DNA of 64,000 nt. It comes from Haliotis cracherodii. Lineage: Eukaryota. Shown in pieces: positions 41,101-55,100 of this stretch. The number at the start of each line of letters is the position of its first letter. The stretch's first letter is position 1. Where the stretch lies: the NCBI RefSeq assembly GCF_022045235.1, contig NW_027266271.1, positions 27,900,001-27,964,000 on the forward strand, given 5' to 3'. Below the pieces are notes generated by a model. It saw only the letters and a list, made by a program, of their open reading frames with translations, was not told where the DNA came from and did not search any database. The position numbers were made by a program, and so were the translations under genes.

Positions 41101-44100
41101 CTAGACTTGACAAACATTATAGACTTGCATGGGCTGTAGTTGATATATTTGTATCAGGGTCTGTAAGACAGACTATGTCATAGGTATTGATAGACTGTGC
41201 ATGATTGAAGTTTTCTGCAGTTGAGATAAGTGTGTACTACTGCTAGCCTCTTAGACTGTCCCAACATATCCTGCCTTGGAACCTAAAGTGTTTAACAATA
41301 TGTCGAGGCAACGGAGATAGGAGTAATACAGTTTCACTATTTGAATGAATCTAGCATCATGGATTGTTGCAAAATATTGGAGAATGACTTAAAGAAGTTG
41401 GTTCTCAGGCTACGAGTTAAAAGTATATACCCATGCACACTACTATGTCCATTTCAGGAAAACGATACAGGACACGAGAAATCCTGACCCTGCCCGGCCC
41501 CGGGGGGAACCCATGTCCCCATCTTAGTGAGACTCAGTCCTGTGTCCCCAAGGCCTGCTTCTACTGGAACACCACCCTTGGGGACTGTGAGCCATCTCAG
41601 AGGGGTGGATGTGGGGTGGGGCACCGCACTCGGCACAGCGTCTGCAGTGACAGGAGTGGGGTGAGTATATAACGGACAGACGTGGGAGCATTAGATGGGC
41701 AGAAATGGGAGCATATTTATAGTGTGCCAATTCCATGCCCAAAAGCATCAGTCAATAGGTCAGTGTTCACTCAATTTTCATGTATACAACCCAAGCTTCC
41801 TGTGACGCGCTAGAAGGTACCCTTCTCATCCTACAGGGTACCCATTCTCTCCTGAGTGAACAGAGGCTCATTTCAAACAAGGTCACATGTCAGAGGATAA
41901 ATGTCAGTACATGTATTGGGCAGGACCAAAGTCCTGGAAACTCTCAGGAGCCAAGCTGCCTAAGGCAGACACCCATCCACTACTCTCCGAGACCAACCTT
42001 GCTCAACTTCACCTGATTTGTGACCTGTGTGCTGTACAAAGGACCATGTGCCCCCACCATGGATGGGCAGAGATGGGATCATTGGATGGGCAGAGATGGG
42101 ATCATTGGATGGGCAGAGATGGGATCATTGGATGGGCAGAGATGGGATCATTGGATGAGTAGAGATGACAGAAGGGGCAGAAGGGGCATTCATATATTCG
42201 TCTTATGATGAGGATGGTTTCTAGTAAAGGGACATCAATTATGGTAAAGATAATGTACAAATTTATGTTTTATTATTTTTTTTCCAGGAGAGAGTGTCTG
42301 AGAGCTTGTGCTGGGAACATGAACATCGGACGGAGGACTGGGAGGACTGCTACGTGCCATGTTGGAATGACTGTGTGTTGTCGGAGTGGGGCGACTGGAC
42401 CCGGTGCCCCGAGCCCTGCACCGGCAGTGTCCCAACGACCAGGAAGAGGGAGAGGAGGATCCTGGCCTTCAGTGGGAAAGGTAGGAGTATAGCTGTGTCA
42501 GCAGCTTGGGACATCAGTTTCTAGTGTAGCGGCCATAAAATTTCCAAGTCCCATGATGGGATTCGAAGCACAGACCTTCTGATCAGAGGTCAGACGCCTT
42601 ATCCATATGACCAAAGAGGTTAACACCGTCAGCAAGCTGACAAGGTTAGGATGTCATCTGTGGGATGACTCCACGCCCTGCTACATACTCCCCCGTCAAC
42701 AGAAGGCACTTCCCGGACCGCATAGTAGGGTACTGAGACTTATTTTGCTCAAATTTGATATGCACATTCTCAGCGCCACGTTGGGCGCCAGAGTCATCCC
42801 ACAGATGACATCCTTACCTTGTAAGCTTGCTGACGGGGTTAACCTCTCTGGTCATGTGGACAAGGCGTCCGACCTCTGATCCGACCCTCCAATTACGGGA
42901 CTCAGAAATTTTATGGTGGCTACACTAGCATCACTAGAAGGGTGTACAGGGCTTCACAAGCTGAGTGTCCTAGTACACCACTAGGCCCAACATGTATGGG
43001 TGAACATTGAGCTTATAATATTATACATGTACTACCTGAAAGAAGTATAAGAACAACTGATTCTTTCCTACTGCTATAGTCCAAGAACACGCAATTCTTT
43101 TTATTCCTAGAGTTAGTCTGTCATGGCGTTATAAATTCACTACACTAATATGAAAAAATCGGGTGTTCTTTAACTTCTTTTGAGTAGTATATGTTCACCT
43201 GACCGTGCCTATTTGGTAATGGAATAGTCACATCCTGTTTTGTAGTGATGGATAGCTATGGGTAGCCCAAGGATCCACTGATTCTGGGTCAAGAACCTAG
43301 ATTTGTAACCTCATGGTTGTGGGTTTTACGAAAGTGTTAGGGTCTACAATGAATGGTGTGTGTGCTTGTTTCTTCATTAGGCAGACACCCTGGGAAGTGA
43401 ATAACATTATTAACTCAACCCAACTTATTCAGTAATATCAACAAGACTTTCATATTTTAATTTTTGTACCACCATTTTAGCTCACCTGACTGAAACTCAA
43501 GTGAGTTTATATGATGGCACATTGTCTGCATGTGTCCGTCAGGTTGTCTATCTGTCTGTCATTTTATCTTCTTGAAAACTACAAGGCCTATGAAGCTGAA
43601 ATTTTTATCATCCCTGCTATGGTGCCTCTAAAAAGTAGCGCACAGAATTCTAAATACGGGTGCATTATTTCATGGTAATTCAGGTGAGCTTCAGACCTGT
43701 GAGATTATTTCCTGTGTACCCCGTGATGACAGTGAGTGTGTGTTACAGATGGTCAGCCCTGTGCCCCCCTTCTGAAGGAGGAGGAGCCATGCCCCGCCCT
43801 GGTGGAGTGTGCCAAGTACCGGTGGAAGCATGGAGACTGGGGCAAGTGTCTGCTGGAAAAGGCCACCCAGATCTGTGGGCGGGGCATTCAGCAGAGGAAC
43901 GTGCAGTGCTACAACCACCTGGGCCAAACTGTGCTTGAGCGGAGGTAATTGGTGGCGTGGTGGCAGATCGGTTGATTGTTGGTGCCAGGGTTCTGTTGAG
44001 GGGGAAACGGGTGATGTGGTGGCAGATCGGTTGATTGTTGGTGCCAGGATTCTGTTGAGGGGGAAACGGGTGATGTGGCAGATCGGTCAGTTGTAGGTGC

Positions 44101-46140
44101 CAGTGCTTTGTTGAGGGGGTTATGGGTGAAGTGGAGGCAGATCTGTTGACTGTGGGTACCAGGGTTCTTATTCATGGGGCAATCAGTCCATATTCTGTTC
44201 TACACACTTAGATCATTTGCTCACAAGTCTGTTTCCTGATTAGAATTGGTCTGCAGCAACCATTCCTGGTCATAGCAGGTAAAATAATGAATTGGATGGT
44301 CAGGGTCTGTTATTGAGTACCGTCTCACCCAGACAGCATGGATTGCTGCTCACAATATCAATCACTGGGTTTTCATACACACACATTGTTTGACTTTCCC
44401 TGCCTTGATATTTCCAGGTTGCTGTGATAGAGCTGGAATTTTGCTGAAAAGGGCATAAAACAAAAATCATTCACTCACCCTGATTCTAATGGGATAATCA
44501 AGATTGCTATATGCTTCTACAATCTGTAAATGGTTATGAAAGGTTGTGTTGATGTGGTTTACATGATACACGAGGAACATTGCGTGTTTACAGATGTGAG
44601 GATCGTGTGAAGCCCAAACAGTCCCAGACTTGCACGGTGGAGTGTCCTAAAGACTGCTTGGTCACGGAGTGGGCGGAGTGGTCCAGCTGTGGAGTGGAGT
44701 GTCTCAACATCAGGGGTAGGTGCTCGTGTCAAAGTGATGGGGATGTTGTTTTTCCCTGGAACATCTTAATATCAGATGCTAAAACTGTGTGTGGACATAA
44801 ATGAACTTCAGGTTTAGATCATTTTGTGGAGTGAAATAGTTGAAGGAAATTCTCCATGAAGTACATCATTCCACCGGCTAATCTCATTCTTGATATCAGC
44901 TTTGTAAACAAAAATAATATTTTGCAGAAATGATTTCTTTAAAATGTTTAGTTCTAACCTTATAAAAGGTAACAGCATAGATGGCATATAATATACAGTC
45001 AGTCATTGATAACGTTCTTTGAACACTGAAACATTAGAAGCGCTCATAAAATCATCAAGTAGTCACTATGTCTACATCTCTGGACCAAACTGTTACAACT
45101 AATTTTAATGTACAGGGAGCTTATACACATGATTTATATATTTCTAGCACGCCAAATCCTTCCCAAGCAACAACGTCAGCGCTACATCTTGCAGTTCCCA
45201 GAAGGCAGCGGTACGCCATGCCCCAACAGTCTGTTTGAGGAGCGCCAGTGCCTCCACCTGCCGATCTGCGAGCAGTACGAGTGGGAGACGTCGAACTGGA
45301 GCAGCTGCATCCTGCCGCCGGTCGTCCCCTACTGCGGAAATGGACTTCGTGCTCGGAGTGAGTCAGTCGTTGATTGTCAGTGTTTGAACTTATACGAGCT
45401 GACATTTTTAGTATGTTTCAGTGTAATTCCAATCTTTGCATCTAACGGACTCCATGTTGAGTTCTAACAGAATAGTTCTACAGTACTTCTCTGCAAGAGT
45501 TGACTCAAACTGAGATCAACTGACTGCACATTTGTGACCCAGATTGAAATCAACGGACTGCAAATTTGTGACCCAGATTGAGATCAACTGACTGCACATT
45601 TGTGACCCAGATTGTTCTATGTCATCCTCATCTAATAGTGTGGATCACTGTTCCTGCTTTAAACATTTGGTCAGTTTCTCCTCATTCCATTATTCACAGG
45701 AGGTTGTGATATTCCTGTAATATAGATACAGTCTAACATTCACTCGCTAACAATATCTGTTTTAAATGTTTTAATTTTTCTGTTTTCAATTCCTAGATAT
45801 CTCATGTCAGCATGGCAATGGAACTAAACACCCTACCAACACATGTCTGTGGGAAATCGGTGCCATGCCCCCGATAGTGGAGAAGTGCTATGTGGCATGT
45901 GCCAAGGAGTGTCACATCTCTGATTGGTCACCCTGGGAGAGATGTGTAGGAGGCTGCAATGGTTTCAGATTCCGGACACGCAAACTTTTAGGTAACATAG
46001 ATGTTAAAATGATCCTTTTGAACATCCTATCAGATTGTTGAGAAGAATCAAGACAGACTTGGCATGAGTCTTTTAAAAACTTTAACAACCAGTAGAAAAT
46101 GTACTCCTGGTAATTACGAAACAAATTATGATCGTTGCAA

Positions 46141-46182
<42 letters not shown>

Positions 46183-49100
46183 AAGATTAATGTGTGGCAG
46201 TTGTAGAGGTATTTTGAAGAATCTGTCTCTAGAAATTTATGAGAATAATTGACGGGGCCCCATTTCACAAAGTGATTGTAGTGCTAATAAATTGGTAACT
46301 CCCATACTTTAACAAAGACTTATGTCAGTCGTAGCGCTCAGATGGCTTGGTGGAATGGGGCCCAGTAGTGTTCAGGTGATGTAGTGCCTGAATACCAACA
46401 TCTTTCTAACTATGTATCATATATAAATATGCCTGCCTTTAATGACATACCTGTATCCCTGTGTTCCAGGTGATAGTCGTTTCAACCCTGTTTGTCGACA
46501 CAAGTACCAGCTGGACGAGCAGGAGAAGTGCAAGTGCAGCCAGTTGTCTCCCATGGTGATTGGTGGCTGGTCGGACTGCATCCTGGACGAGAAGGATGAT
46601 GTCAAACAGAGGTTTGCCCAGATGTCCCTCAAGTCCATCCGCCATCGCGACGCCAACGAGTCCATGAGAAGTGACCCCACGCAGGCGTACTGTGGAAGTG
46701 GGAAACAGTTCAAGGCCTACGCATGTCAAAATGACAGGAGGGATATGGAAAGTGCAGATAAATGTTTCAACTCAGGTAGGAGGATGTGTTTCGAATTATG
46801 TGAGACACGTTAGTCCCAAATATCTGTTAGTCCAGACCTTGATTGTCTGGAAAACCCACCTTCCTTCTGAATACTGTTGAGAATGTTGTATGTAAACAAT
46901 ATAATTTGTAGCAGGATCATGGGGATACATGGGATTTATGTGTCCCGCTTTAGGTTTTATGCTGTGGTATAAAACGTAACAAGGGATGCATAAAACCCCA
47001 TGTACCCCTTGTGATCCAGCTACAACGAATTATCTTACCGACATGTTTTAATATGACATTGTAAAAGAATTAAAACAAATTCAAATTTGATAGAAAACAG
47101 TTGAGCTGAGGTAAACTTGTGCTATGTCACAGGACTTCTATTGGCTCGGAAAAAGCGTGTGGCTTTTTGTTTTGAAGAGAGGTATTGGGGATTTATTCCG
47201 CCTCTCAGAAATCCATGCGAAGCCTGACTTGCTCATGGCGGGGTATAAGGGATTTATTCTCCAGCTGAGAATGTTTTTTCCCATGGCGGGATACATGGTA
47301 TTTTATCAAGATCACGTGGCCCAATCAGGTCTCATCATTCTGACATGGAGGTATGATAATGGACATTACTCCGTATTCATGAATGTTTCAGTAATTCACC
47401 TTGACAGGGACTGGGTGCCTGGTTTCTATGGTCAGCAGGGAACCTTGTTATGGATAGGTATAGGTATGACATAGGGCCACAGTCTCGTGAAGTATTTCCT
47501 TGTTTCACAGAGTACAAGGAGGAGGTGTGCATTGTGCCGTGTCCGGTGGACTGTGAGATGACGGAGTGGAGCGACTGGTCGCAGTGCAGCGTCACCTGCG
47601 GCTCGGGCATGCAGCTACGATTCCGCAGCATCGCGACGCAGCCGGCGGACGGGGGCAGGAAGTGCCCTTCACTCGATGGTACCCGCAAGGTAAACAATAG
47701 AACTGACACCTGATTGGTTGTTGGTCTCTAACATTCAACAGACTGATGACATACTTATAGGCCCTTGTTAGTACTATTTCAGACTAAATAGCCACAATGG
47801 CTAACGAAGTTTGCCAAATTATTCAAAGGCATCCAAGTTTGAAATATTTTTCAAGGATTGTATTTATTACAAAACATTCATCACTTTAAAGATCAAAGTC
47901 ATTAGTTTCTATTGTGTTAATGGGTTTTATACATATATATGTAAACAAAAACTTCACAAACTGGAACATTTTGTTACTCTGGCCTGTCCATAACTGTGTT
48001 TTACAAAAGGGTCTTCCCATCAGGGCTATGACCTTATATAGATTCAGTGGAATATCTCTTCATCAGAATTCATCACGACACATTAAGTTTATGTTCAATC
48101 ATTCTTTTGCCCTGATCCTCACCTGCTGTTGTCTGGAAGATAAACATACTGTGTTGTCAAGAGTCAGGTTAACAGTGAGGTGAAGTGGGCTTTCACATCA
48201 CATTCAAGATTTTTTTATTAAATACATATGTGTGTATGTGGCTGTTTGTATACTCGGACCCCATGGTACCGCGGCATTCATCGTATCGCGGCATTTGTGA
48301 TTTCCGATAGTTCACGCGGGACACGCCTCTTAGCGGCTGTCTATTGATGCAAATCGGTAACCAGAAAGTGCTCACTTCGTAAACAATTTCAATTTCCTCG
48401 GAATGTTCCGTCTGCTGTACGTAAGTAAACTTTCTCTATCGACCTGAACTAGATCATCTGCATATTCATGGCGACTAATAAGGTAACGGAAGTTACGTAG
48501 TCCGCACATTTTTTCCCGCTCTGTGCCCAGAATCTATTGGGAGATCATAAGGGCCATAATGCCAAACTTAGAAATACGTTCTCCACTAGTAACCAAAAGA
48601 TAAATACATACTTTGGGCATACTGGGAGTGCTTTTTATATATTTATTGTTGACTTTTAACATTTTTTCCATTTTGTGACAAATTATTGTCATCCAATTTT
48701 TTTTAAACAATCTTAAAATGTCATTTCTGATATTTTGTTGTTGACTTGTAAAAATATTTTTCTCTTACTTTTCGGTAAAAATGCATTGAATCCTTATTGC
48801 TGATAACACTTTTAGAATTTTGCTTGTGCTGTCTTTGCACTTGTCTGGACAAATCGCTGATGTCTGGCATGATCATACCAAGTGGTTGGTAGAATTATGT
48901 CCTCTTTTTGTCCAATTCGGACCTCCATACACAACTTTTCTCTGTACCGCGATACGATGGAGTTCTCTCCCTTTTCAAACAGGGTGCGAGGCCCGGCTTT
49001 TACTCGGAGCTACTAATGTAAATAATGAACTTTTATCAGTAAAATATGCATTGTTTGATAAAATGAATTATATCTGATACAGAGAACACGAATAATCATA

Positions 49101-52100
49101 ACGGTTAGTGAATGCATTTTTTTCCGTTTAGCGTACATGACAAGTACCGCGATACCCCGAGGTTGCAGGCTACTAGTTCCGACTAATGCCGATTTCATAG
49201 TGTTAGGCCACTGGGATGCCATGCCACAGTTTAACATGGATATCCCACTCAAGCACAGAAAACTGACTATACCGACCAGTTCTTATATTAGCCCCTTAAT
49301 GCCAAGCTTCAGACAGGGTAACAACAAGTACCATCTCTTAGCATCTGTTGCTATGTGCCTGGGGATCCAACCACAAATTTCTGCTCTCCAGGCAGATGCT
49401 CTATCCACAGAACCAGTCTGAGTTACCTGTAGTTTCAAGTGCACTAATTTGTATTTGGAACAAAATCAAAACAAACGAATTAGTTTTTTTCATATATGTC
49501 TGCTGAGATGTGGTCATCACAAGGCAATCTAATCAGTTATTTCAAACAGAAGTAGTTATTATTATTTGAAACCACTGTTTGGCCAATCAGAATCAATATT
49601 TTTTTATTTGCTGGTAGAATGTAGGACTGTTTGACCACCATTGTTGTCGTGTGTGTTGCAGGAGACCCAGAGCCGTGTGTGTCGCTCCCCGTGCGAGTAC
49701 CACGTCTGGGAGGGGTCCAAGTGGGGCTCCTGTCGACCCATGACGGGCACCGGATGTGGACATGGGACTCAGTCCAGAAGTGTCAGGTGAGTTAAACTTT
49801 TGCTTATCACTCTTAAATAGGAGTTTACACAATCTTGTCTTGTTTGGTGAATGTGGTGATCATGGGTGAACCCTTTTTTTGTAAGATTGAATCCCAGATT
49901 TCCCCTGATTATGATACTTAAATGGTTTGTCAGCACCATGCCTATGCTCATGTGTTTTGACAAGGTGGTAAAGTCTACACTTCAGGCTTATGAACATAAA
50001 ACACCGGAAAATCATCTGTCTTGATTAGGCATAAAATGCAAAATAGAGTTGAAAATTTTATGAATGGATCACTAAAAATCAGTCACAGCACAAGGTGTTT
50101 GGAGAAAGGGTAAGCTTGAGCTGCCCGTCGCATCTGCCACTCACATAATCTGTATAACAAAGTAAGTGTTGGTTACGTCACACCGTGCAGGCGTATTCCT
50201 GCCATGCGATGGTGGCCTGTAAACAATCTGTATAACAAAGTAAGAGTTGGTTACGTCACACTGTGCAGGCGTATTCCTGCCATGCGATGGTGGCCTGTAA
50301 ACAATCTGTATAACAAAGTAAGTGTTGGTTACGTCACACTGTGCAGGCGTATTCCTGCCATGCGATAGTGGCCGGTAAACAATCTGTATAACAAAGTAAG
50401 TGTTGGTTACGTCACACTGTGCAGGCGTATTCCTGCCATGCTATGGTGGCCGGTAAACAATCTGTATAACAAAGTAAGTGTTGGTTACGTCACACTGTGC
50501 AGGCGTATTCCTGCCATGCGATGGTGGCCTGTAAACAATCTGTATAACAAAGTAAGTGTTGGTTACGTCACACTGTGTAGGCGTATTCCTGCCATGCGAT
50601 GGTGGCCGGTAAACAATCTGGTCTTCACTACAGCTACCACATTTTGTACACAATAAGGTGAAAATAGCCTAAAATGGAGGTTTTAGAGGATATGCCTGTT
50701 GATTTAGGCATTTGTTTTTGTTTCGAAGGCCTTGGTTTCGATTGTGAGTCAGTGCATGCTGGTGCCAAAATATGATATTTCTGCTGTAAGTTAAATCCCC
50801 AATCACCACATTATTCACCATGTCTACATCTTTATATGATTAAATTTTTGTTGTGTTCATTGAAATTCCTGTATCGTGATTAGCTGAATTTGTCACGTGT
50901 TATTGCATTCATTTCCACATGAATGTAAAAATTTAAGCCACACCTGCCGAGGAGGACTACTTTTATCACTACGGAATGTTTAGGAATCCCAATATTACAG
51001 TCGACGGAATTACCTTTTTGCTCATGTGCATCACCTTGTACAGGACATTTACCGAAATTCATGCATATTCATTGTCCAAACTACCCTTTGAGAGAGAAGG
51101 CTGAGAAGGAATGAAACAGCAAATGTGCAGGCTCCCTCGCCTGTTTTTTCCCTGCTCACATTTTTCCAACTGTGTCTTCCCATTCTCAGGGAACTAATGT
51201 TTGAATCTGGCGGTAACTGACCATGTCATTTGAAACAGCCGCCTTTTCCTGGACATATTTGTTCCGGTTCATTACAGTCGTGACTGTTGCAGTTCTTCTC
51301 GCATCTTGCCTTTATTGACAGGTCATATGAACATTGTTTTGATCTTATTCTCCGTTATTGGCTACTGACTTTGTAGGCATGTCAACTTATGTGCATAACT
51401 AAATCACCTGATTAATGTCACGCCACAATATGTATTTCTACACCTGGAATGTTTATGAATCCCATCATTTTTGTCTGCTTTGATATATACAACTATAAAA
51501 AATACAGTCAATTCTTAAATGAATCTAAGAAGCACACTATGCTCATGACAAAATGTGTCTGTCCTCTCAGATGTAAGACTATCGGGGAGACGCGACTGGC
51601 CGGAACGTTCCCAGATGACAGTCTGTGTAACCAGCACGAGCGCCTGGAGGAGAACCAAGTGTGTCTGCTGCCCTGCCCCGGCGACTGTGTGTTCAGTGAC
51701 TGGACGGCGTGGACAGCATGCACTCAGGTCAGTATGGCACTGTAACGAGTTTAGACTTTACCAAGGTATCTCCCCATCAGAACATAGGCCAACAGTGTCT
51801 GGGGCGTATCGTAAGTCATCTAGTGAGGATCGGGGACAGTATGGCACTGCGATAAGTTTTGACTTAACCAAGGTATTGCCCTATCAGGACATAGGCCAAC
51901 AGTACCCTGTATCAGTCATCAAGTGAAGTGATGATCTGCGAGTATAGCACTGTGATGAGTTTTGAATTCACCCAGTTAAGGGCCCTTCAGGACCTTCAGG
52001 ACCTTGGCCCCTTGTACCCCTTCATGGGTCAGTATGGAGGTGTGTTGGGTTTAGACTTTACCAAGGTATCTCCCATTAGAACATAGGCCCACAGTACTCC

Positions 52101-55100
52101 GGGCTTGTTGTAACAGTCATCTGGTGATGATCAAAGTGGTGCAATGTGTGAACTAGCTGATAATGTGTAGTCGTGGCATGATGGGTGTAATTTATGATTG
52201 ATGACATCGTCTGGAATTATTTGAAACAATATGATGTCGTGATGACATGCTGGTGTGAACTAGCTGATAATGTAAAGTCATGCCATGGTGGGTGTAATTT
52301 ATGACTGATGACATCGTCTGGAATTATTTGAAACAATATGATGTCGTGATGACATGCTGGTGTGAACTAGCTGATAATGTATAGTCATGCCATGGTGGGT
52401 GTAATTTATGACTGATGACATCGTCTGGAATTATTTGAAACAATATGATGTCGTGATGACATGCTGGTGTGAACTAGCTGATAATGTATAGTCATGCCAT
52501 GGTGGGTGTAATTTATGACTGATGACATCGTCTGGAATTATTTGAAACAGTATGATGTTGTGATGACATCGTCTGGAATTATTTGAAACAGTATGATGTT
52601 GTGATGACATCGTCTGGAATTATTTGAAACAGTATGATGTTGTGATGACATCGTCTGGAATTATTTGAAACAGTATGATGTTTGTGATGACACGCTGGTG
52701 TGAACTAGCTGATCAGTATGAAGCAAAAGGTATACTGCTCAGTGCATTTACCGAAAACATAGGCACCGACATCATTGATGCTACATGTAATATATTGCCA
52801 TTTGTTACAGCCATGTAATGGCCGACAGACTCAGAGGAGGTCTCGCAATCTTCTTCGGAAACCCGCATCTTACTTCATCAAGTCCCACAACAACTGTACG
52901 CACATGGTGGAGCAGCAGCCCTGTGTGAGGGGAGACAACTGCATCGAGTACTCCTGGCAGCTGTCTGAGTGGACATCGTGTCTGGTGAACAGTGGGCATG
53001 ACGAGTGTGGGGTGGGGCACAAGGAGAGGTACGCATGGTGCCGAGATGAACGGGGCCGCACCGTCGACAGCATCTATTGTACAAAAGTGAGTGCAACTCT
53101 ATTGGTCTCTGTACAAGGTAATCAGTTACCTGAGTCTGTCTCACAGTCACTAAACCATAGTTTCCCCTCTGCCCAGCCCTTACTGTAATGCTGTCTTCAT
53201 AAATGAAGCAAGTCTAGATTTTGCACTGGTTCTGAATCTTCCTTAACATGTCACAAATATTGACCATAGTTTTGGACGTTATTTTGTATAAACCTCTTCA
53301 GACCTTTTACTTTTTACAAGTAAGACCGAGTATGGAGATTTACTGGTAAAAACTGATGAGTAGATAAGCAGTTGAAGTTTGAAATTAGTGTTTCAAACAT
53401 CAAATGTTCTAAAATCGAAGACAACAAATGAAACGTTTTCATTATGGATGAGGGGAATCGAACCCACAACCTCCTGATCAGTCGTCAGACATTCTGACCT
53501 TTCGACCACAGAACTGGTTGAAGAAATTCAGTACATGAGAATGTACCAATGTAGCAAATATTTCCAAGCCAGATATATTTTATAAGTGTTTCTTTAGAGT
53601 GTAATAATGCATGATATTAAATAATTATTGAAAAATGTTGTTTCGATGGTTCATAAGTCGGATAAAACTCTCCTACTCAGGGTTGGTTGACATAATAAAA
53701 CCGTCGGGTAGCAGTGACCTCGCTAGTAAAACTTCGGGCAGCAGTGACCTCATTAGTAAAATTTTTGGGCTAACATCCTTAGTTAGTCACTCTAGATATC
53801 ACTGTCTGACCGTGCAATGAAGTCAGGATAGAAGTGCAGGTGTTTAGGGGAGACAACTCTAGATACCTTTGTCTCACAGTGCAATGTCATCCAAATAGAA
53901 GTGCAGGTGTTAAGGGGAGACAACTCTAGATACCTTTGTCTCACAGTGCAATGTCATCCAAATAGAAGTGCAGGTGTTTAGGGGAGACAACTCTAGATAC
54001 CATTGTCTCATAGTGCAATGTCATCCAAATAGAAGTGCAGGTGTTTAGGGGAGACAACTCTAGATACAATTGTCTCACACTGAATGTCGTCCTGATAGTA
54101 GCTCCAGGAGTGATTAAAAGTTGAGTTTGAATTAAGAAATAAATTATGAATGTTCCTCAACTACTACAGATAAGACCTGAGGTAGCAATACTTAATAAAT
54201 TGGAAATGTAGTAGGTCATCTTGTAATTGTTTCTGTTGAATAAAACCTTGAGAATGTATTCATACATGTCATTATACAATATATTATTGGATTATGAAGT
54301 GTTGATCACCCAGTTTGATATTATGTTTCTTATGTGCTAACTAGATTTTAGAAATTACATATATTATTATTGGATATGAGGCTGTATGTGACAATCTGCA
54401 TGTGCAGAGTAATCATGGGTTACCTCCCTTTCTTCCAGATCCAGGGCGAGGTGACCGAGTCCATGGTTGTGTCATGTGAGATACCATGTGATAATGACTG
54501 TCTGCTCTCTGACTGGTCCGACTGGACGCCATGCACAACAAAATGTGGCCTTGGTATGTAACATAAATGTTACAGTTTCGTAAAAGATGTTTGAAAGATG
54601 AACCTTCAAAGTCATAAGGATATTAATTCCTGCGAATACCCTATCTCTATAACATTATAGCCATAAATCCTTTATTTTGGCTGAGGTTTTTCCCGCTCAT
54701 TTGCGCAGAAGAGCTGAAGAGCTAAATGTGCTATTAGGGGAACAACTAGTTGTGTGTAGTTGACAGTGAAGAAGACTTCTGTTGAAAATCTTAAGATTTA
54801 GTTATAGTGTGTCTGCAACCAAAATACAGGATTTATGGCTATGATGTAATAGAGGTAGTATTCTTAGAATTATTTAACAATGATAACTATTGTTTGATGT
54901 TTGCATACATACCTGTGAAAAATTTCTAATCACTCACATGGGGATTCCAGGGTAGATTTGGTCCCCAAGTAATGCAATTAATCTTGAGAGTCGTCGTTTT
55001 AGAAGTCTGAATCAAATTTCGCTTTGTGAACATCTGGTCTCATCACTATTTGATAGTGATTCACAAACACATGTTCATGATATCATTGGAATCATGCAAT

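Noticed and set aside
53352-53395. CTGATGAG...GAAA hammerhead candidate
   Set aside because: Stems II and III do not pair.
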